64,000 nucleotides of DNA from Octopus vulgaris (lineage: Eukaryota). The stretch covers positions 195,734,001 through 195,798,000 of the forward strand of contig OX597815.1 of assembly GCA_951406725.2 (NCBI GenBank), in the 5' to 3' direction. The translations under genes were made by a program, and so were the position numbers. Below the pieces are notes generated by a model, which did not search any database, was not told the origin of the DNA, and saw only the letters and a list, made by a program, of their open reading frames with translations. This document shows positions 56,030 to 64,000 of the stretch, piece after piece (the stretch's first letter is position 1; the number at the start of each line of letters is the position of its first letter).

Positions 56030-57073
56030 CGAGAAAGACAGCTTTGAACGTCAGTAAACTGATGACAATGCAGCGGTCTGCTACTCCAGTGAACATCTTC
56101 AACAATCAGGGAATAACTTTACCAATGCTTCCACTCGGTTTAGCCTAAAATTCAACGTCAAATGACAAAAATATTGGCACAACACGTTTAAAGACAAGAA
56201 ACTCCAGACCTCAACATTACCGTTTCGGAGACGCCACCGGAGAAAGCGAATCACTTTTCATACTTAGGAAGCTTGCTTTCGAATAAGTGTACATCGGGAA
56301 ACGACGTGGGGAGCCGATTAAGAGCGGTTCACATCCGTTCGGTGGACTCGCGAATAGGGTCTTTAAGAATAAAGACCTTAACCACCAAACATAATTGAGT
56401 GTCTACTAAGTCGTCGTGATCTTCACTTTCCTCTACGGTTATGAAACCTGCACTCTTTCCCGAAGTGACGTAAGACAAACTAGAGCGATTTCATGAACAG
56501 AAGCGCCGCTCTATTATGAATATCAAATGGAATGACTATGTGACTGATGGCTCCGTTTTGGAGAGAACAGAAAGGAGCAGCATCGGAGCCAGCACCCTGA
56601 AACATCGTCTCATGAGGAGGGGCGTCAGGTCACGTAGCAAGAATGAAAGAGACCAGGCTGCCTTGTCAAACTTTATATGGTGAACTTTCCACCGAAAGAA
56701 GACTCGGTGTCCGTCTCCTCCGTCGATAAAAGGACCAGTTGAAGCGAAGCCTAAAAGTGACCGGAATCGATCCCGAAGTCTGGGATATTGAAGCTGAGGA
56801 CAGGACAAGGACTAGACAGGCATCATTCCATCTCCACTGTGAGAGATAATTTTGAAACTGAATGACAGAAGAAAGTGGAAGAGCAACGTCAAGAAAGTAA
56901 ATGGAAGGTGCAACGAGCATAGCTTCCCGCCACAGATCCATTGTGAACATTGCAACAGACGCTTCCATGCAAGAATCGGCCTCATTAGTGATCAGAGGCA
57001 TAAACATGGACAGAGGAGAAGAAGCAGTCAAGAAGAAGCCAAATAAATTATCGGACACACGATAAAAGACTTA

Positions 57074-57075
<2 letters not shown>
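56030..57075 (+). mobile_element. 5'-truncated degraded RTE-clade LINE (RT C-terminal part and 3' end)
   Basis: Remnants of (A)DD, FTNASTRFSLK, NHFSYLGS, LYG.ET, LERFH, LYGEL and terminal CEHCNRRFHARIGLISDQRHKH. Confidence 0.82.
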
Positions 57076-57132
<57 letters not shown>

Positions 57133-57135
<3 letters not shown>

Positions 57136-57310
57136 CGTTTTGGGATTTGGTTTGTAAGAAACTGTATGGGAATTCGTGTGCTGAAACACATTTTGTTGTG
57201 TCTAGGAAAGCCATTCTCTTTTAGTGCCTTATTATTTGTTCAACACGCTGAACGGTGACTGTGTTAAATAAGGCACTAAAACACAATGACTCTCCCGAGA
57301 CACAACAATA
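57133..57310. mobile_element. Short fold-back remnant of the 17014-17360 family, inside (TA)n
   Basis: ttttgggatttggtttgtaaga... matches 17014 onward; ttgttgtgtct...ttttagtgccttatt versus aataaggcactaaaa...agacacaacaa. Confidence 0.72.
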
Positions 57311-57346
57311 TATATATATATATATATATATGTGTGTCTATATATA

Positions 57347-57454
<108 letters not shown>

Positions 57455-57455
57455 C

Positions 57456-57498
<43 letters not shown>

Positions 57499-58087
57499 TA
57501 CATATATATATACAAATATATATACAAGCAATTTGTAAATATGAGTTGCATCGATGTAGATTCTTATCCTCTGCCATTAAATTCGCTATATTATAGAATA
57601 ATGAAGATCATAGTCATGTAATTACTGGTATGACAAAACGCGTACCGAGTCTTACAACTGATGACAAAATGATCTGTGTTTGGGTGAGCTAATATATAAT
57701 CGTATTTAAATGTGTATGAAATGTGTGCGCGCGAGCATACACAAATATATATATATACAGGAGATAAGTGTTATATGCATGAATATAATAAACTCCATAT
57801 ACGTATGTATATATAAGAGTATGTGTCTGTGTGTTTGTGTGTAGTTATGTATGTGGTTATACATGTTTATAGAGATAGATTAGAGTATAACTTCACACGC
57901 ACACATGTATATGTATGTATATATTCTCATGAATATCTTGTTCTTTCAGACGTCGACTGTATGCGCTTCGCTCGTATTGGTCCGTGACGTGGATTACTGA
58001 ACATATCGATGCTCATACGTCATGCAATAACAATTGCTGTATGTTTTTTGTTTAACACTTGTGTATACTCTTCAAAGCGACCACAAA

Positions 58088-58516
58088 CACATTCACGCAA
58101 ACGTACCTACATATACGTTCACACATAGACATACACGTTCACTTACACGCACGCACACACACTTATATACACGTATGTATATACACGCACACACATATAT
58201 GTGTATATGCACGCGCTCAAACACACATACATACTCACATTCACGCAAATGTACATATATATATATTCATTCATACATAGACATACATGTTCGCTTACAC
58301 GCACACACACACATATAATATATATATATATATGTATGTATATACCCGCACAAGCATATATATGCATACGCACCCGCTCAAACAGACATGTATGTATACT
58401 TACCCGCACGCATGTACACACATACGCACACATACACACTCACATTCACGCAAATGTACATACATATACATTCATACATAGACATACACGTTCACTTATA
58501 CGCAAACACACACACA

Positions 58517-58563
<47 letters not shown>

Positions 58564-58732
58564 ATATATACAAGCACACAAATATGCATACGCACTAGCT
58601 CACACACATATGTATACATACCCGCACGCATGCACACACACACACACACATACACACTCACATTCACACAAACGTACATACATATACATTCATACATAGT
58701 CTTACACGTCCACTTACACGCACACACATACT

Positions 58733-58781
<49 letters not shown>

Positions 58782-59075
58782 ATATACACGCATACACATA
58801 TGCATACGCTCTAGCTCACACACATATACGTATACATACCCGCACGCATGCACACACACACACACATACACACTCACATTCACACAAATGTACATACATA
58901 TACATTCATACATAGACATACACGCACACACATACTTATATATATATAAAAATATATATATATATATATATATGTGTGTGTATGTATGTATATACAAGCA
59001 CACACATATGCATACGCACTAGCTCACACACACATATATGTATACATACCCGCACGCATGCACACAGACACACTG
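58088..59075. repeat. Complex higher-order minisatellite, 5 units of about 150-220 bp
   Basis: cacattcac(g/a)caaa(c/t)gtac.ta recurs near 58088, 58237, 58441, 58659 and 58876. Confidence 0.85.
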
Positions 59076-59769
59076 ACACACGCACATTACACTTTTTCAA
59101 CGCATCTTACAATAAACAATATTCTTTCTGGAATCTAATATTTTTTCGCATACGTCTCTGTTTGCCATCAATGCTATTATTTCTTTTTTACTTCTTTGTC
59201 CACAGCGGATCAAGATATGCAATAAAAGATTTAGTGCTTGTACATATACTTGAGAACCACAGGCAATTTACTGATAAATGATGCAGTGAGTATGAGAAAC
59301 TAGCAAATGGCAGTCCATTCGAGAAGTTATTATAGGCTATTGTCTGTTTGATAGTGTCTGTGGTGCCATTTATTCAACACAGCACGTTTCTCTGTAAAAG
59401 AATCGCTCGTTTGCTCCGTGGTAGAGTTCACGTACGACAAAAACTGAAGCGGCAGACAGATATACTTCAATTATTTAGTGTTGAATTATCATTTGTGAAG
59501 CAAAATATTTGCAATCACCTTTAGGGATATTGGACATGTATTGTTTAATGTGAGTTGCATATTCATTCCGTTTCTATAGGCACGTCGTGTCGATAAAACC
59601 TTCATCTTCATATTTTTTTCTATTTTCGGCTAAAATAGTATGTGTGACGTAATAATATTTATTTATCTTCCTCTGGTTGACTTAGTGTTATAACGAAACG
59701 TAATACTTATGTTTCTTTTTCGGGCCTCCATGTGTGTTGCGGGTGTTGGAAAAAACGTTTGTAGGTATC

Positions 59770-60370
59770 TATTTCTATACTACCCACAAGAGGCTAAACA
59801 TAGAGAGGACAAACAAGGCAGACAAACGGATTAAGTCGATTATATCGACCCCAGAGCGTAACTGGTACTTAATTTGTCGACCCCGAAAGGATGAAAGGCA
59901 AAGTCGACCTCGGCGGAATTTGAACTCAGAACGTAACGGCAGACGAAATACTTATTTCTTTACTACACACAAGGCGCTAAACACACAGAAGACAAACAGG
60001 GACAGACAAAAAGGATTAAGTCGATAACATCGACCCTAGTGCGTAACTGGTACTTAATTTATCGACCCCGAAAGGATGAAAGGCAAAGTCAACCTCGGCG
60101 GAATTTGAACTCAGAGCGTAACGGCAGACGAAATACTTTTTTCTTTACAAACCACAAGGGACTAAACACAGAGAGGACAAACAAGGACAGACAAAAGGAT
60201 TAAGTCGATTACATCGACACCAGTGCGTAACTGGTACTTAATTTATCGACACCGAAAAGATGAAAGGCAAAGTCAACCTCGGCGGAATTTGAACTCAGAA
60301 CGCAACGGCAGACGAAATACAGCTACGCATTTCGCCTGGCGTGCTAACGTTTCTGCCAGCTCTCCGCCTT
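59770..60370 (-). mobile_element. SINE family B tandem trimer with single TSD
   Basis: One headed unit plus two headless ~183-bp units; aaacgtt(t/c)gtaggtatct at 59753-59770 and 60371-60388. Confidence 0.9.
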
Positions 60371-61246
60371 AAACGTTCGTAGGTATCTTCTGAATGCAGA
60401 TGTACTCGCAATGCGAAATACTTCCAAAAGATTGTTCCGTGTTATAGGCAGCACTAAAATGCTTGGTGGTGATTATAGAGTTGGCGATCAAATATACCGC
60501 CCATTTTGCTCCCACCTCCGCGCACATTTACAAGCCAAGCAATCTTTGTCTACCATTTGTCTGCAATCTCCGTTTAATATATTTCCAAATTAACATTTCT
60601 GCATACCATTTTGTGTAAAACATCTCTTTGCTTTTCACAGCTAAAGAATAATGCCATTTCCAGGATATTAATGAAGATTTATTGAGGGTTGATTTTTTTT
60701 TAGTTTTTGTGTGTAAATGTATGAGCTCTGCATCAGATCTATAAATATATATTTTTATAGTACATAATCCCCTTTATAATGTCAGAGTTAAAAATGAATC
60801 AATTAATTGTGCATTTGTAACCTTGCGTTTAATGCATTTTGTTTCTTCTTCGTGTTTAACAAATGTAATTTAAATAACCTCTATTAATCAGATAACATAC
60901 GGGAAACACATTTACCAAAATTATCTCTGTATAGTTACCACGTTATCAAACAAACTATTTGAGAAATGGCGCCTCATACAGCGCTTTGCATAACCACAAT
61001 TTGATACCACTAGATCCACTAGATACATTTTGAAAGGAATACGTAGTGGGACGTATTTCCGAATGTATTATTTTTCAAGTTTCCGGCTCACTCAAACCTT
61101 CTCATTTTCTTTCCTCCTGAACGAATTTGTGCCATGATAATGTCACTATGCAGGACGTATTTTCCATTGTGTATTAAACCCTTGCTCACATGAGTAAATT
61201 GATTTATTTGATAACATTCTACTCAGTGTGGTATTTCAAGCCTCTT

Positions 61247-62037
61247 AAGGCGGCAAGCTGGCAGAAACGTTAGCCGGGCGAGATGCTGAGCGGTATTGCA
61301 TCTGCCGCTACGTTCTGAGTTCAATTTCCGCCGAGGTCGAACTTGCCTTTCTTCCTTTCGGGGTCGATAAATTAAGCACCCGTTATGCACTGGTGTGGAT
61401 ATAATCGACTTAATCCATGTGTCTGTCCTTGTTTGTCCTCTCTGTGTTTAGCCCCTTGTGGGTAGTAAAGAAATAAAAATAGGTATTTCGTCTGCCGTTA
61501 CGTTCTGAGTTCAATTTCCGCCGAGGTCGAATTTGCCTTTCATCCTATTGGGGTCGATAAATTAAGCACCCGTTATGCACTGGTGTGGATATAATCGACT
61601 TAATCCATGTGTCTGTCCTTGTTTGTCCTCTCTGTGTTTAGCCCCTTGTGGGTAGTAAAGAAATAGATATTTCGTCTGCCGTTACGTTCTGAGTTCAAAT
61701 TCCGCTGAGGTCGACTTTGCTTTCATCCTTTCGGGGTCGATAAATTAAGCACCAGTTACGAACTAGGGTCGATATAATCGACTTAATCAGTTTGTCTTTC
61801 CTTGTTTGTCCTCTCTGTGTTTAGCCCCTTGTGGGTAGTAAAGAAATAGAAATAGGTATTTCGTCTGCCGTTACGTTCTGAGTTCAAATTCGGCCGAGGT
61901 CGTCTTTGCCTTTCCTCCTTTCGGGGTCGATAAATTAAGTACCAGTTACGCACTGGGGTCGATATAATCGATTTAATCCCTTTGTCTATCCTTGTTTGTC
62001 CCCTCTGGTTTAGCCCCTTGTGGGTAGTAAATAAATA
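61247..62037 (+). mobile_element. SINE family B tandem tetramer with single TSD
   Basis: One headed unit plus three headless units; ggtatttcaag(c/t)ctc at 61230-61244 and 62038-62052. Confidence 0.9.
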
Positions 62038-62355
62038 GGTATTTCAAGTCTCATTTTAGTAGTTTTACTAACAGTTAAAATTATTTTTGACGTAGTGAAC
62101 CGCCATAACGTGATTTCTCTTGAAAACTCTTTCGTTTATTTTCTGTTTATGTTCTTGGAATATGTACAAAGTACTTTACGATATCCATTTCTTAATCACG
62201 CTGATCCGATTTCGAATATCATGGTACTCATTTCAATACTTTTAGCTTCACATTAATACTTTTTTTTCCTATCGGTCCAAGATAATCTGGTATTAATCGA
62301 GCCTGTAAACAAAATCATTTTAGACCCTACCATCCTAATTTACATTAGTCTTAAC

Positions 62356-62562
62356 CAGGGGTGGGCGAACTTTTTTGATCGCGGGCCGCACAGTGCGTCT
62401 TTGGAACCTTGGTGGGCCTCATTTATAAAAATCAAATGAAAATATTTTTAAAGGCGGTTATAGACCTATAAACACACAATTGATTGAAAGGAAATTTTGT
62501 GAAATATTCCTCTCGGCGGGCCGCATGAAGACCTATGGCGGGCCGTAGTTTGCCCACCCCTG
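62356..62562. mobile_element. hAT-superfamily MITE with 8-bp TSD
   Basis: gtcttaac|CAGGGGTGGGCGAAC ... GTTTGCCCACCCCTG|gtcttaac. Confidence 0.93.
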
Positions 62563-62760
62563 GTCTTAACAAAGACTACATCATATGTTATTTTCTTTTC
62601 TATTTCTTCTAAAAAATATAAGTTGTGATTTGAGACACAGCGGTCGGCTAGATCAAACTTCTTTAGGTACTGCATAAAAATTACCCGTTGACGATTTGAA
62701 TACAAATGAGAAAACCATGAAGAAATTTCTATTAAGAAAGTTGAACAACATGAGTATTGG

Positions 62761-62960
62761 TTTACTCTTTTAGTACTCTTTTACTTGTTTCAGTCATTTG
62801 ACTGCGGCCATGCTGGAGCACCGCCTTTAATCGAGCAACTCGACCCCGGGACTTATTCTTTGGAAGCCCAGTACTTATTCTGTCGGTCTCTTTTTGCCGA
62901 ACCGCTAAGTGACGGGGACACAAACACACCACCATCAGTTGTCAAGCAATGCTAGGGGGA

Positions 62961-63012
<52 letters not shown>

Positions 63013-63184
63013 CATATATACAACGGGCTTCTTTCAGTTTCCGTCTACCAAATCCACTCACAAGGCTTTGGTCGGCCCGAGGCTATAGTAGAAGACACTT
63101 GCCCAAGGTGCCACGCAGTGGGACTGAACCCGGAACCTTGTGGTTGGTAAACAAGCTACTTACCACACAGCCACTCCTGCACCT
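62761..63184 (-). mobile_element. SINE family A, full length
   Basis: Match to family A. Confidence 0.92.
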
Positions 63185-63341
63185 ATCTGAATTCTATTAC
63201 ATTGTTTAACACGATTTTCTTCCTTGGGTAGCAACAGTTATTTCCTACTTGCTTAATCCTAGAAAATATGAAAATTTCCTAATATTTCTTTCTAAAATTG
63301 TTTTTGTTACATTTATTAAAACCTCAAAGATCCTTTTCAAT

Positions 63342-63490
63342 ACATGGCTATGATGCTACCCTTCTACTCCTGCTCATGATAAGAGAGGCACATATTGTCA
63401 ACAACTTAGGGACATGCTCATGTGGTTAAGGTCAAGCAAATGACATGCAAATCTGTGGTGTTGAGCAAGATTTGTTCTATAACGATAGTT
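63342..63490. repeat. Second copy of the 1727-1952 repeat
   Basis: Shared ggttaaggtcaagcaa..gaca.gcaaatctgtggtgttgagca. Confidence 0.7.
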
Positions 63491-63967
63491 CTGCTGCAGC
63501 AACTCATCGCTGTATCTGTATGAAACGTAAAACAGGTCAGTTTCAAAATGTTCATGTCCAGGTCACAAAAGCAAAGTTTGAAAGGAAAAAATAGTAATTT
63601 CCTTTGATTTCTTGAGAGAAGCAAATAGGAAGGAATGCTTACTGGCCGAAGACAAAAGTAAATAAATAAAGGGATATTTTCGGTTTGAACGGCAGTTTTT
63701 AACATAATTTCTAGGTAACTAAAACATGTTAAACTTCGTATACTGGTAGAATGTGTTTATAAAACATCTTTTTCCCTTGGCTTTATTGAGAAAATTCTGT
63801 AGTTTGTAAGATATTTGTTGATGTTTTTTTCAATTTCTGCAATTTCAACCAATCAATGACGTATATTGAGGTGAAAACATTCTGTGACGTATGAATATAT
63901 CCCTCGTTTAAGAAACAGATTGGGTTTATTTACATTTGTGAAGAAAAAAAGATACCCTTCCCCCCCC

Positions 63968-64000
63968 CCCTAACCCTAACCCTAACTAACCCTAACCCTA
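63968..64000. repeat. Short (CCCTAA)n telomere-type repeat at the window edge
   Basis: ccctaaccctaaccctaactaaccctaacccta. Confidence 0.8.

Overview
AT-rich, microsatellite-dense eukaryotic DNA, most likely from an octopus/coleoid cephalopod (inferred from the recurring SINE families; not database-checked). I could not support any host protein-coding exon; most ORF-track entries are translations of (TA)n/(CA)n/(TAGA)n tracts or SINEs. Main content: (1) a near-intact 5.3 kb Penelope-like element (5323-10663) in a (TA)n tract, with 728-bp near-identical pseudo-LTRs, an extra upstream ORF1, an RT + Cys-linker + GIY-YIG ORF2, and a hammerhead-like motif in each pseudo-LTR; (2) several short, sequence-distinct elements mostly in or beside (TA)n tracts that carry hammerhead ribozyme cores, three of them fold-back (inverted) structures whose arms begin at or within the ribozyme; (3) a full-length decayed IR/DR Tc1 transposon, two further Tc1 fragments, hAT and mariner MITEs and two non-autonomous Helitrons; (4) CR1-like and RTE LINE fragments; (5) about 25 tRNA-derived SINE copies, including a trimer and a tetramer each flanked by a single TSD. 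The best candidate for an undescribed system is the bicistronic PLE together with the ribozyme-bearing fold-back mini-elements. All RNA structures were paired by eye.
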